Shown here piece after piece: positions 40,444-54,425 of a stretch of 64,000 nucleotides of DNA; position 1 is the first letter of the stretch; every line of letters starts with the position of its first letter. Location: NCBI RefSeq assembly GCF_009914755.1, contig NC_060943.1. One strand, 5' to 3'. Under the pieces are notes generated by a model. It saw nothing but the letters and a program-made list of their open reading frames with translations, had not been told where the DNA came from and ran no database searches. The DNA comes from the human T2T-CHM13v2.0 reference genome, Homo sapiens. Made by a program: the position numbers and the translations under genes.

Positions 40444-41069
40444 CTGCAGCAGAGAACCCCAGCTGTCACCATGCCTGGGCAGAGCCCTCTCAGGCCCACC
40501 CAGGGTCTGCAAGGAGTGGGGTCAGGGCAGGGCCCAGGTTCAGTGTCAAGGGTACCCTGGGCACCAGAGCTCCTCATGCTTCCCTCTTGGGGATCCCACT
40601 CTCTTGTAGGACCTCAGCCACACCAACCATGGTGGGTCATAGCTGCTCTGAGGCTGATGACAGTCACAGGGTTCTCTCTTCAGAAAATCACCCACAGGGG
40701 ACATGGTCTCCAAACTCAGGTGACCTGAACACCCTCTGGTTTATTCAGACATGCAGCGGGCCCCTCACGTCACCCTTTGCTTGCAATGCCTACCCTGGGC
40801 CCCCGCTCAGAACAGCCTCAGCCCCGGCCCTGGAGCCCCCTGGCCTGTATCCTTCTTCTGCTCCGTCTCTGTCCTCCTGTTGAGGCCCTGCCCTGCCTGG
40901 CTTGCCTGGGCCCCCGCCCGCAGCTCTCCCTGCTGCCCATGGCTCCGTGAAGTCTGCCTGGACTTCAGGTGGATGTGTCTGAGGGGGTGGGAAGTGGCAG
41001 TGGCCAGCATGCCCTTGGAGGCCCCAAGCCCCGGCCCTGGCCTCCCCAACCCCCCCTTTTTTTTTTTGA

Positions 41070-41228
<159 letters not shown>

Positions 41229-41840
41229 TAATAGAGACGGGGTTTCACCGTGTTAGCCAGGATGGTCTCGATCTCCTGACCTCGTGATCCGCCCGCCTCG
41301 GCCTCCCAAAGTGCTGGGATTACAGGTGTGAGCCACTACGCCTGGCCAGACCTGGCCCCTTCTTGCCTCACCTCTTGCCCTATGCTCCGGCCATCCCACA
41401 GTGGTACCAGCTGCTGCCAGCCCTGCCCGGCTTCTCCAGGGCCACCCCCCTCCCTGTGTGCTTGGTAGGCACAGCTCACAGGTGGCTCCTTCTAAGACAT
41501 TCCCTCCATCAGCAGCCCTGGGACAAGGTGCTTCTGAGGCCCTGGACCAAGAAGGACGAAGAGAGGACTCGAGCCTCATAGCCTAGCTAGCCCCACATGG
41601 CTGAAGCTCCCTGTGGTGGGAGGGATAGGAGGGGCAGGGCAGGGCAGACATGGTGTCGCTCACAGCCACACCGTGCTACTCCGGTTCGGCACCTCCCACT
41701 GACGGATCAGGGTCCCTAGGGAGTGGGAGATGAAGGGGAGCCCCGGAAGGCACCCGGTCCCGTGCATTCACTTTTCACAAGGAGAAACGGGGACCAGTAT
41801 GGTAAGCGTGCTCAGCTTGGAGCCCACTGTGGGGCATTAC

Positions 41841-42079
41841 CTTCACGAGGGGGGCCATCAGCCCAGCAGGGAGATCGAAGTAGGGCACATTGGGGACCAG
41901 GCTGGGGTCATCGTGGTTGATGTGGGGCGGGCCCTGTCGCCGCATGTGTGGGGGCTGCCCGTTGAAGCCATGGGGGGGAGGGCCGAAGTCAGGGTGCTGG
42001 GGTCCAGCCCAAGGCGGGTGCTCGTTGATGCCAGGATGAGGCATGCGGTGGCCAGGGTGGTGGTGAGGGGGCCCCATTT
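41841..42079 (-). CDS. CHERP: CHERP exon 11
   Basis: 239 nt EMGPPHHHPGH...PYFDLPAGLMAPLVK. Confidence 0.95.
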
Positions 42080-42336
42080 CTGCAAAACAGAGACTTGCCT
42101 CAGGACCACAGGCCAGTCAGGATCTCCCAGGCGACAAGTGCTGGAGGGGAGGGGCTCAGTGAAGGGCCAGGAGACGAACCCCTCCTGGGAGCCTGTCCAG
42201 CATCTTCTCTCACTGCTTAAGACCAGGCAGCAAGGCACCGAGGAGCCAGGCTCCGAGGGGCCTGTCCCGCACCCATAGGCACAGCCGAGGGAGCTTGAGG
42301 CTGAGAGAAGAGAACCCCAAAACCCCAAAACTGCAC

Positions 42337-42685
42337 GGTGAGGGCTAAGTTGTGACCCTCCGAATCCATACGCTGAGGTCCCAGCCCCCAGTAGCTCAGG
42401 ACGGAACTGTATTTGGAGACAGAGCCTTCAAAGACACAAATGAGTTAAAATGAAGCCATAGTGGCCCGAATCCAACGTGACTGTTGCCGTTATAATAAGA
42501 GATTAGGACACAGACATGTAGAGAGAAGACGGTCACCTATGAGCCAAGGAGACAGGCCTCCAAGACACTAACCTGAACCCGCCACACCTCCACCTTGGAC
42601 CTCCAGCCCCCAGATCCTTAAGACAATACATTCCAGCTGTTGAAGCCGTCCAGGCTGTGGGACTTATCATGTCAGCCCAAGCCAA
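42337..42685 (+). mobile_element. MLT1-type ERVL-MaLR solo LTR in CHERP intron 10
   Basis: CTGTATTTGGAGACAGAGCCTTCAAAGA...GAGCCAAGGAGACAGGCCTC...CTTGGACCTCCAGCCCCCAGA. Confidence 0.75.
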
Positions 42686-43124
42686 AAAGTAAAAGCAATA
42701 AATGTGCCAAGCGGTCTTCAAGCTGCATTTATAATCAGAAATGTATTTAAAGAGAGAAGGCTGGGCATGGTGGCTCACGCCTGTAATCTCAGCACTTTGG
42801 GAGGCCAAGGCGGGTAGATCACTTGAGGCCCAGAGTTTGAGACCAGCCTGGCCAACATGGCGAAACCCCATCTACTAAAAATACAAAAATTAGCTGGGCA
42901 TAGTGACTGATGCCTGTAATCCCAGCTACTGAGGAGGCCAAGGTGGAAGAATCACTTGAACCCAAGAGGAGGCTGCAGTGAGCCGAGACTGTGCCACTGC
43001 ACTCCAGCCTGCGTGACAGTGAGGCTCAGTCTCAAAAAAACAACAAACAACAACAACAAAAGGCCAAGCGAGGTGGCTCACACCTTTCATCCCGGCACTT
43101 TGGGAGGCCGAGGCGGGCGGATCA

Positions 43125-43361
<237 letters not shown>

Positions 43362-44030
43362 CTAAAAGATTAGAAATAAAATCAATAACAAAGATACTAG
43401 GCATGGTGGCTCACATCTGTAGACCCAGCTACTCTAGAGGCTGAGGTGGGATGACTGCTTGAGCTCAGGAGTTTGAAAGTAGCCTGGCCAACATAGCAAG
43501 ACCCCATCTCTATTTAAAATAAAATAAAATTTTTTTAAAAAAGAAAAGTAGTTTTTTGTTTTTTTTTTTTGAGACAGCGGTCTGTCGCCCAGGGTGGAGT
43601 ACAGTGGTGCGATCACAGCTCACCGCAACCTCAGCCTTCTGAGCAGCTAGGACCATAGGCGCCCGACACCACGCCAAGTATTGATTTTTTAAACGAACTA
43701 ATACAACGGGAAAACTGATGCAAAAAACAAGCAGCAGCAGTAAAAAGAACGAGGCCCCGCCCTGCCCTCGCCACGCCCACCCACGGCAGGAACCTTTTCC
43801 TACTGGCTCTGCCTCATCTGCAGCCAGCCGGGCCTCATCAGGGCGGCAAAACTGAGTCTGTGCCCCCACTTCCTGAGAACCCAGGCCGGGCTCCTCGGAC
43901 GTCCCATGACCCTGTGTCTGTCACTGTGCACTCAGGAGCATGGCAGGGCCACAAGCAGCGCCACCAGCCTGCTCGGCAGGCGAGCCGTGGATGCCTCCGC
44001 CAGGCCCTACCCAGGCGCCCGTACACTCAC

Positions 44031-44466
44031 CGGCAGGGAAGTCCCCCTGGGGGTAGTCGAAGCGGTGGGGATAGGGCGGCCGCTCGAAGGGGTGCCGTGG
44101 CGGGAAGTCGTCCTGCATGAAGCGGGGCGGGAAGCGGTTGAAGTTGTGGGGGTGCGGAGGCTGGTTGAACTGCGGGTGCTGCTGGTGGGGCGGGAAGGGC
44201 CCCCGGAAGTGTGGGGGCCGCTGCATGCGGAAGGGTGGCTCGCGCTGGCCCCCGCCCCAGGGCGGCTGCTCGTGCTGGCTGTTCCAGGGGCCCTCGAACT
44301 GGCTGTTCCAGGCGGCGTCGGGCTGGTTGTTCCAGGGCGCGTCGCGCTGGCCGTTCCAGCCGGGGTCACCGCGCTGCTCGCCCCACATGCCCTCATGGCT
44401 GTTGTTCCAGGGGGGGCAGTGGGGTGGGCCGCCCTGGTGGTGCGGGTAGGGTGGCTGCTCTGGCGG
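44031..44466 (-). CDS. CHERP: CHERP exon 10
   Basis: 436 nt PPEQPPYPHH...QGDFPA; matches ORF 43921..44472. Confidence 0.95.
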
Positions 44467-44514
44467 CTGCAAGGGAAGGGACAGGCTTGAGCCCTGCGTG
44501 GTCTAGGCCCTAGT

Positions 44515-44553
44515 GCTCGGCAGCATCACAGCGCTCGGCAGCATCACAGCGCT
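44515..44553. repeat. Perfect 18-bp tandem duplication
   Basis: GCTCGGCAGCATCACAGC x2 plus GCT. Confidence 0.92.
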
Positions 44554-45278
44554 GGCTCAGACCATGGAGGCGCTGCCCTGGCCACGTTGAGGCGCCTCCT
44601 ACGCTGACGCCTGCGAGGATGCTGGGCACCTGCTCTCAGCCCGCACCACATGCTGCTGCAAAATGACCAGACACCCAACCGCTGCACCCGCATCTCAGTC
44701 CCGGGGCTGTTTCTGCCGCTGGGGCGCGCTGCACCCGCACACAGGCCGCCCGCGCCACAAGGTGCTCCCCGCTACCACTGCCAGACAAACGCCAGCTCCC
44801 TCGCCCCTCAGGGGCAGGTGCAGAGGCACAGACGGTATCGCTTCTCAGGGCACCCCAGGCACCCATGGGGCGGGGCTCACTCTGACACCCCCTGCCCTGC
44901 CTCACTCCCCCTCTCCCCAAAAGCCGTCTGCTGGGCAGATACACTGCGGCACACACATCCTTGTCCTGGGGTCTGCTTCTGGGGACTTTCAAACCAAGCC
45001 AGCATCTTCCTGTAGACTGAAGACGGGAGGCTCTTCCCTCATCAGCTTCTGCTCTGGAGACTTAAAGCCAGGAGGGCAAACTCCAGCTTGGGCAGGGGAG
45101 GGGAGGAGCACAGAGGCCAATGAGAAGGCCGGTGTCTAGGGTCACAGCTGGGTAACTGCGCTGACCCCTACTAAGGGGAGGCTGGCCCAGGCTGCCACAT
45201 TCACCAGGCTTCCAAGAGAAGCCAGAGAGCCAGATATTAAATATCAGGAACTACTTGTTTTTCTTTTTCTTAATTTGA

Positions 45279-45434
<156 letters not shown>

Positions 45435-46868
45435 TAGTAGAGGCGAGGTTTCACCACGTTGGCCAGGCTGGTCTCAAACTCCTGACCTCAAATGATCTGC
45501 CCACCTCAGCCTCCCAAAGTGTGGGATTACAGGCGTTAGCCACCACGCCCAGCCTTGCTTTTCTTTTTTAGAGACAAGGTCTCACTCTGTCACCCAGGCT
45601 GGAATGCAGTGGCATGACCATAGCTCAATGAAGCCTGAAGTCCTGGCTGAACCAATCTTCCTGCCTCAGACCACTGTGTAGCTGGGACGACAGGTGTGCA
45701 CCACCATGCCAGCTTATTTTTATTCTTTGTAGAGATGGAGTCTTGCCTTGTTGCCCAGGCTGGTCCCAAACTCCTGGCCTCAAGCAATCTTCCTGCCTTG
45801 AGAAATTACTTTTAAACGTGTTAAGACCCCACATGGCCAAGTCAAGCAGGCCAGGCTGCTGTTTCTCAGTGTGGACTGCAGGATGCACTGCTGGCCTAGC
45901 GGGCACCCTCAGTGAGGGGCGTGCCCATTGTCCTGAGCCCAACCCTCTGGTCTGCAAAAAGACTGAGCCTGGAGACACTAAGGGCCTGTTTCCACACCTA
46001 CAAAACAGGGACAAGAACTGCCCCCCCCAGCAGAGGGTACCTGCAAAACAGCCACCACCATCTGGCTCCTGGCCAGCACTTGGAGGTGGGAGCTGTCTTT
46101 ATGGGGGTGTCCAATCTTTTGTGAGGTTCAATTTCGTGTCCTGAAGCTGGGGATGGGAGGCTCAAAGCCACAACCACCAAGTCTCAGTCCAGAGCCAGTC
46201 TCCTTGCCATCCTTACACCTGTCCCTGCAGACAGGGAGTCACCTGGAAAGGCCACGCTGCAAAGCCAACCAGGCCCCACGGGCAAGGGGGAAAGTCACGC
46301 CCTGGAAGACCCGGGGCTGTGCCTCAGTGCTGAAAGTGGACCCAGCACGCTGCAGGGCATTTCACAGCCATGCTGTGCCACATAAGGTGGCCCCTGCCTT
46401 GGCCCAGGGGTATGTGACCCATAGCAAAGCTGCATCTGAGGCCTCCCAGGGGCAACACGGCTGACATTTCTGACATTCCCCCTTTCCTTACAAAAGCACC
46501 TTGTTCTTTCCAGGATGACAAAACACTGACACTCAACTAGCTTAACCTGTTTAAGGAGGACAGGAAACAGAACACCCTGCCGTGCCTTGCAGCGTTAAAC
46601 TCCCCTGCACTCGCAGGACAATGGTGATCTATACTACAGAGAAGCCCAAACCATCAAAGCTCGGGGAAGGGACGTGAAGACCTGTCACTTGACCTGTCCC
46701 GGAGCCACAGGAAGACAGGGCTGTCACTAACCCAGCATAAGCTCTGCCACAGAATATCCCTCATTGTTCCCCAGTAAGCCACTCAACGCCCACCAACTGG
46801 CATAGGGGAGGCTACCCCATCAGGCCAAGTGTGCCCCATCTGCTCCCACCCCAGGTTCCAATCAATAC

Positions 46869-47044
46869 CTGCTGCTGGCCCCAAGGAGCCACGGGGTGAG
46901 GCTGGTCAAACCAAGGGGGCTTGTTTGGTGGGATCTGGTCGTGTGGCCCGGGGCCCCGGGGGCCGGCAGCTGCAGGATCCTGGACCCCTCCTGGAGCTTC
47001 GTACTCTGAAGAGCCAGGCATCTGGATGGGAGGCTTGCTGTCAT
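46869..47044 (-). CDS. CHERP: CHERP exon 9
   Basis: 176 nt DDSKPPIQMPG...PWGQQQ; upstream CTCTAAC branch motif. Confidence 0.94.
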
Positions 47045-47460
47045 CTAAATCCAAGTGACAGGCAGTTAGAGCAGGCCTGGCAGCAGGAGGCGCTGTCTCC
47101 TCTCCACACTACCCCAGAGCAAACCAGGCTACCGCTTTTAGTGCCCAGTGGATGATCGCTTCAGGACCCACTAAAACCATGACTATCACTGGCTTCCAGG
47201 AAGGGGACAGGGCGAGGGGAGGTTTCGACCTTGAACATGACACACATCTGTCCTTTTCAAAGCTTTACAAGAAACAGGCCTCACTTCTGCCTTCTTGGTT
47301 TGCTGAAGAATTTCTATCCACACTGAATTTGATTAGACATCTTTACTGTATCTAATTAAAAGGTCATTTCCCCACATCTGTTATTTTCTATTCTATACAA
47401 TCCTCATATTCCTACAACAAATCTTCTTTGATCAGAATGTAATTTTAAAATCCTTTGCTA

Positions 47461-47758
47461 GGCCGGGTGCGGTGGCTCACGCCTGTAATCCCAGCACTTT
47501 GGGAGGCTGAGGTGGGTGGATCCCAAGGTCAGGAGATCGAGACCATCCTGGCTAACACGGTGAAACCCCGTCTCTACTAAAAATACAAAAAAGTAGCTGG
47601 GCATGGTTGCGTGCGCCTGTAGTCCTAGCTACTCAGGAGGCTGAGGTAGGAGAATGGCGTGAACCCAGGAAGCGGAGCTTGCAGTGAGCTGAGATCACGC
47701 CACTGCACTCCAGCCTGGGCGACAGAGCAAGACTCCATCTCAAAAAAAAATCAAAAAC
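47461..47758 (+). mobile_element. AluY-type element
   Basis: GAGATCGAGACCATCCTGGCTAACACGG and GAATGGCGTGAACC; TSD AAAATCCTTTGCTA. Confidence 0.88.
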
Positions 47759-47951
47759 AAAATCCTTTGCTAGATTCTGCTAAGATTTCCTTCAGTATTT
47801 CCGTGTCTTTTTCAGAAGTGACACTAGATTGTATTTTCTGAGACAGGGTCTCGCTTTGTTACCCAGGCTGGAGTGCAGTGGTGTAAATGCAGCTCACTGC
47901 AGCCTCAATCTCATGGGCTCAAGTGATCCTCCCACCTCAGCCCCCAAGTAG

Positions 47952-48101
<150 letters not shown>

Positions 48102-48436
48102 TAGCCAATTATATTTTCAGTCTGTGCATTGTCCTTCCTGCCTGATGTAATAGTTACCCTAGTCTTGGGGAATGATCTGGGTACCTTTCCTCTATTTCTT
48201 TTCTCTGGGAACAGGAAACAGATCTTCTGCTGTTCAGGAATGGGATGGTTGTAGTTTTACTCTAGGATCACCTGGCTCGTGCTTGTAAATGGATGAAAAC
48301 CTGGGCCTAGGAGCAGGCCTGGGACGAGGGAACAAGAACTGAGTCTGAGGGTGGCAGACTGCTTTCTGACTACACTCGGTGCCCAGCCTCTGGGGGCTGT
48401 TTCCTGGGGGCAGGCTGAGCTGAGGGAGCCCCGTAC

Positions 48437-48541
48437 CAGGCTGGGTGGTGGGCGGGATGGCAGGGGCAGGTGCTGGGGCCGGGGGTGGAGCAGGCGGTGG
48501 AGGCGTGGCCTTGACTTCAGCCTCCATCTGCGGCATCTGGA

Positions 48542-48578
<37 letters not shown>

Positions 48579-48689
48579 GGCCAGGCTGGTGACAAACTCC
48601 TCGTGCTGCGTCTTGAGGGTCTGGATCTGCTGCTGGAAGGCCAGCTGCACCGGCTGGACCACTGAGGAGTACTCGTTGATGAGGGTGGC
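48437..48689 (-). CDS. CHERP: CHERP exon 8 (polyQ, Pro-rich)
   Basis: 253 nt ATLINEYSS...Q12...PPTTQP. Confidence 0.95.
48543..48578 (-). repeat. (CAG)6 CAA (CAG)5 coding repeat, 12 Gln
   Basis: Counted directly in CHERP exon 8. Confidence 0.97.
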
Positions 48690-49373
48690 CTGAGAGAGAG
48701 AAGAGCACCCGCTGCTCAGTATGCGGCCTTGGGGCTCGCTGCCTGGCGCCAGAGGACAAACGCCTGGAAAGCAGCAGAGCCTGGGGGACCTGGGGCAGGT
48801 GGACAGGGAACCGTCACGTGAAACAGCCAACACAGTCTGGGCAATCAGTGTGCGCTGGGATCTGGCCAGAGATTTGGGGATGAGGATGTTCGCTGCAGCG
48901 TGTTTTACGACTCCCTGATAACAGAACGAGCAACGACAGCCGTGTCCTGGCCGCTTCGTGGCTGCTCAGCGAACACTGCCCACCAACATTCTGGGACACG
49001 CTCATGGGCTCTGCCTCCCACTCGCCATGTGGCTCTCAGCAAGAGGGGCTGCCACAGCCTAAGCCACGTCTGGGCTTCCTCATGCTTCCACCACACCGGA
49101 ACATGCCTGACCACCAGAGCAAATGGGCCATGTGCAATGACTCCGAAAGGCCGCCTGGTTCTAGTGTTCCAGGAAAGTCAGGGAGACACACCTAAGGCCT
49201 GGGAAATGTCACCTGGGACTCTCTGGTCAACACACACTGGCTACTCCTAGCACAGGCAGGGGACATGGGCTCTCTGGCTGCTGGGGTGGCAGCTGCTGTC
49301 CCCACACTCCCAAACCCTCCTGGGGAACCCGCCCCAGCTCTAGGGTGAGGTGTGGGTGGGCAGGGACACTCAC

Positions 49374-49463
49374 CTGGTACTGACCAAGCCCCAGGGCTGG
49401 GCTCTGTAGCTGCTGAATGATGGAGTCATCGAAGTAGCCGTTTTTCTCCCAGAGCTGCAGGAG
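49374..49463 (-). CDS. CHERP: CHERP exon 7
   Basis: 90 nt LLQLWEKNGYFDDSIIQQLQSPALGLGQYQ; follows a 94-nt intron. Confidence 0.95.
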
Positions 49464-49557
49464 CTGGCGGTGGGAGGAGAGAGAGGCCGGGTCAGTGGGG
49501 AGGGGAAAGGCCTGTGTGTCCCGGTCTTGCCCAACCCCCGGCCCGGGGCCCACGCAC

Positions 49558-49669
49558 CCGGGCGATCTTCTGCTGCTTGTCTTCCTCCACGGCCAAGAAG
49601 CTGGTGCAGTAGATGGGCACCACGACCTTCTGCAGGGCGGCCAGCAGCTCCCGGGCCTGCTTGCGCTGG
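49558..49669 (-). CDS. CHERP: CHERP exon 6
   Basis: 112 nt QRKQARELLAALQK...QKIAR. Confidence 0.95.
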
Positions 49670-51386
49670 CTGTGAGGGAGAGACTTTCCGCGCGTCAGGG
49701 CCCTGGGGCGGGACCCGGCCACGCGCCCGTTACCATCGCGGCTCCAGCCTCAGCGCCCTCTGCCTTCTCGGGAATCGGGTCCCCAACCCGGTCAGGGCGA
49801 TGGCTGGGCTCCCACGAGACCTGTGCTGGTGCCTGGGCTCGAGGAAGGGACAGATGGAAAAACAGCAAGCAGGGGAGGGAGAGAACGTGGCCTGGGGCCG
49901 TTCTGAGCAAGGCCTTTTGGTCCAGTCCCCTTGATAGGAAATAACCTTCCCTCCTTCCCTCTTGGGTGGCGCTGCGGGTGAAGGGATATGGGCCGGCGGG
50001 AGCCCCTGCCTGTGTATGATGGGCGGGATGGGACTGCTGCGGAGTGGGGGTCTTGTCCTTGTCACTCACTATGCACAAGGAAACCTCGGCCCAGGCCAGG
50101 CCTCTTGGGAGAAGGAGGGAGGGTGCCCAGTCCCTCAGGAACCTAGAACACTTTAGAAGAGTGACCGGATGCCCAGCGGGGGGAGGCGCCGGGCCCATGT
50201 CCTCTCAGGGCTGCTGTGCAGTGCTGCACAGGACACTGTGCATACCTGGCCTGGGAGGCCCCTGCCGCTGCGCAGGGAGATGGCTGCCCCTGGGGAGGGA
50301 CGCAAGACAGGAGGGGAGCAGCTGGAAGCCCCTCAGCCCTCAGCTTGCCGCAGGGGGCTCAGGGGAGCAAGGGCCTGGGCTGGGCGAGCAGCACTTGGCT
50401 TCGGACAGAGTAGAGCTAGAGAGGCGCGTGGCTGGAGAATGCGGGAAACTGTGCATCCGTGCAAGGCACCCGACTCAGAGGCAGGGAGAAATGGAGGCAT
50501 GAGGAGGAGCAGAAGGGCAGAGCTGGTGCCGAGCCGCAACTCACTTCCCAGCAGGAGAGAAACAGGGACTGAGGTGGGGAGGCAAGAGGGACTCAGGCAG
50601 TGCTGCATGTGATAGATGGGGCGAGATGGGTGCTGGCAGCCTGGCCCACTGTAGAGGCACACGAGGCGCCAGGCCAGGACTGCTGCCCGCTAGGCTCAGT
50701 AGCAATGCTTGTCTCCTCCCGCACGTGCGGGCCTTTGGCCTGGGGTTCTATTGTTTTTTTTTTCTTTTTTGCTAATTTTTGTGAGAAGGGCCCCAGTGAC
50801 CCTGTAGAAGGAAATACCCACCCAACCTTGGGGAGGGTGGAGACAGCAACAGTGGGAAGGGTGAGGGCTGGGTGGGGACAGAGGGTCGGCAGATGTGGCT
50901 CTGTTGAAGCCTGAGAGATGGGTCAGGGCTGGAGAAGGGGATCCCAAAGGAGGGTCCTGATGGCTGAGCAAAGTCAGGTGACCGCGTGTGTGTGCGTGCA
51001 AATCAGTGACGAGGGCAGGAGACAGACACAGAGGCCAAGGAGGCCGTGGCTGAGAAGGCAACAAGGAGACGCCAAGAAGCTGCCCCATGAGAGGAAGGAG
51101 TGCAGGGGACAGTGGCCCCCAGGAGACAGCAATGTGACAGGTGAGGCCGGGGTCTAGGGGAGAGGACAGGGCATGCAGCGAAGGTGCACAGGACACCTAG
51201 ACCTCGCAGTCCTGGAGACAGAAGCCTGGTGGCTCACAGAGACCCCCCACCCGGGGTCCCCGGACAAGTGCCCCCTAGTCTCGGGACAGGCCAAGCCAAG
51301 CTACCGACCGGAGCAAGCGGCCACCCAGGAGGGTTGAGGAGGAGCGCGAGGAAGTGGCGCTCTGGGCACGGGGTGGCGGCGCTCAC

Positions 51387-51538
51387 CAGTGGTGCAGCAC
51401 GTCATTGATCAGGTAGATGAGGTGCAGCCGCAGCTCGAAGTGTGCCCCATCAGCCGTGATGCGGTTCCGGAGGTGGCCGGCCATCAGCTCACAGTGCGGC
51501 GGGGACTTGGCATTGCTGAACATCCAGTTCTTCCCGGC
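51387..51538 (-). CDS. CHERP: CHERP exon 5 (CID domain)
   Basis: 152 nt; RLHLIYLINDVL CID signature. Confidence 0.96.
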
Positions 51539-51799
51539 CTGCAACAACCGAGCCAATGACGAGTGAGCAGGGCCGCGGCTCCCCCAGGCACCCACTGCAT
51601 CCCTGAGAGCGCGTCACCATCAGCTCAGGGAAGGACACACCATGAGCGTGGGGGGCACAGGGTCCCACAGCCTCAGGAGCTCCAGGCGGGAGGGAAGGGC
51701 ACCCATTGTAACAGCCCTTAGCCCAGATTGGCTACGACAGGCCCTGCCTCAGGGAGGGACCAAGGGAAAGCTGGGCTCTGGGAAGTGCTGGCCCCTCAC

Positions 51800-51937
51800 C
51801 GAGATGGCGTCCTTGGTGCACGTGTCGATGATGGGCTGCAGGAGGTTGTCAAACTCGTTCATGTCTAGCTGGGTCTCCTCCAGAAGCTTCTGCATCTGCT
51901 GCTCCACCGCGTGGGCCACGGCCGCTGTCACTTGCTC
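51800..51937 (-). CDS. CHERP: CHERP exon 4
   Basis: 138 nt EQVTAAVAHA...TCTKDAIS. Confidence 0.95.
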
Positions 51938-52720
51938 CTGCGGGCGGGGGTCGGTGGGGTCGAGAACACATGAGGAGGGACCCGCAGCCTGAGCCCTCCG
52001 GCCTGGCTCAGCAGGGGCGGGGTGGGGACATGGTGGCGATGCCCGGACTCTGGGCTGCTCTGGCCATCAGCTCCCTTGCTTGTCCCCAGCAGGAGGAGAT
52101 TCTGTCTCTCATGCCTGCCGTGAATCTGTGACAGTCCCTCCTGGAGTGGGCAGGGCACTGACAGGACATACCAGGAGACAACACCTGCCCTCCAGGTAAC
52201 CAAGGAAAACACTGCAGCCCAGAGGAACAAACAACCTCTGCAAACCAACTCAACAAAAAACAAAGGCGGGGCGCGGTGGCTCATGCCTGTAATCCCAGCA
52301 CTTTGGGAGGCTGAGGCGGGAGGATCGCTTGAGCCCAGGAGCTCCAGACCACCTGGGCAACGTAGCGAAACCTCATCTCTACAAAAAATAAAATACAAAT
52401 TAGTTGAGCATGGTAGTGTGTGCCTGTGTTCCCAACTACTTGGGAGGCTGAGGCGGAAGGATTGCTGGAACCCAGGAGTTCAAAGTTAAACAGTGAGCTG
52501 TGACTGTACCACTGCACTCCAGCCTGAGTGACACAGCAAGACCTTGTCTCTAACAACAACAAAACAACAACAACAACAACAACAAAAAGAAAAGAAAAGA
52601 AAAAAAAAGACAAATGAGGCATGGTGTGAACGACAGGCAATAGAAGAAGAGGATACACCCATGGCCTCTAGTGAAGCAAGAAGGGGGCAATCTCATTCCT
52701 CAAGAGGAAACACCGGTTAA

Positions 52721-53113
<393 letters not shown>

Positions 53114-53596
53114 TAGGCTGAGCCACTGTGCCCAGCTGGAATTTTCTGAGAGCAATATGACAGTGTGATTTTATGCCCTGAACCTAGTACTGAGCGTGGG
53201 GTTGGTGTTTTGGAGGTTTGGTATTCTATTCCTCTCATTTTTCTGGCAATGCACTTGTAGTATTTTATTTATTTATTTTTTCTGAGACTGAGTCTTGCTC
53301 AGTCACCCAGGCTGGAGTGCAGTGGTGCAATCTCAGCTCATGCAACCTTTTCCTCCCAGGTTGAAGCAATTCTCCTGCCTCAGCCTCCCAAGTAGCTGGG
53401 ATTACAGGCGTGCACCACCACGCCCAGCTAATTTTTGTATTTTTCATAGAGACAGGGTTTCATCATGTTGACCAGGCTAGCCTCGAACTCCTGACCTCAT
53501 GATCTGCCCATCTCAGCCTCCCAAAGTGCTGGGATTACAGGTGTGAGCCACCACACCCAGCCAATGCACCTGTATTCTATTTGGCGAAAGTTATCA

Positions 53597-53902
<306 letters not shown>

Positions 53903-54240
53903 CTAGCTACTGTGTGGTGGGGCCAATGGTAGGCACCAGAGGCTGCCTGGCCACAGCCATTAGGGAGCTTCAAGGTGCATACGTGCCCCACAGTCCCACT
54001 CAGGGGGGTCCACCCCAGGGTGATGGGTGCACGCACGTCCAGTGGCTTCACTGAGATGAGAAGCAGCCTCTGTGTCTGGCATCAGGGCTGGGGGTGACAG
54101 TGGCTGACATGCACCGAGCCCTGGGTGGCAGGGGGGGCCCTGTCCTCACTGACACCTGTTATTCATTCTGATGAGCAGACGCAAAAACAGAGGCACAGGG
54201 GAGCTGCTGGTGTCTGGCCGAGGAGGCGGCGGGCCCATAC

Positions 54241-54425
54241 CTGTCTGAGCGCCAGCAAGTGCTGCTCCTGCTGCTGGAGGTTCCACTGGCTCTGCTGGAT
54301 GAGCTCGTCCATGGATGGCGCGCCCTGGGCCGGCGGGATGGGCGCGGCGGGGGCCAGCGGGGGCTGTGGCAGGGGTGGCATGGTGGCGGCTGGCTCCAGC
54401 TCCGGGGTCTGCTGCTTGCAGATGA
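54241..54425 (-). CDS. CHERP: CHERP exon 3
   Basis: 185 nt ICKQQTPELEP...HLLALRQ; CAG|gtatgg. Confidence 0.95.

Noticed and set aside
43860-44513. Long plus-strand ORFs over CHERP exon 10 (similar ones at 41730, 48351, 54125, 60731)
   Set aside because: Antisense shadows of GC-rich coding or CpG-island sequence; no independent splice or domain evidence
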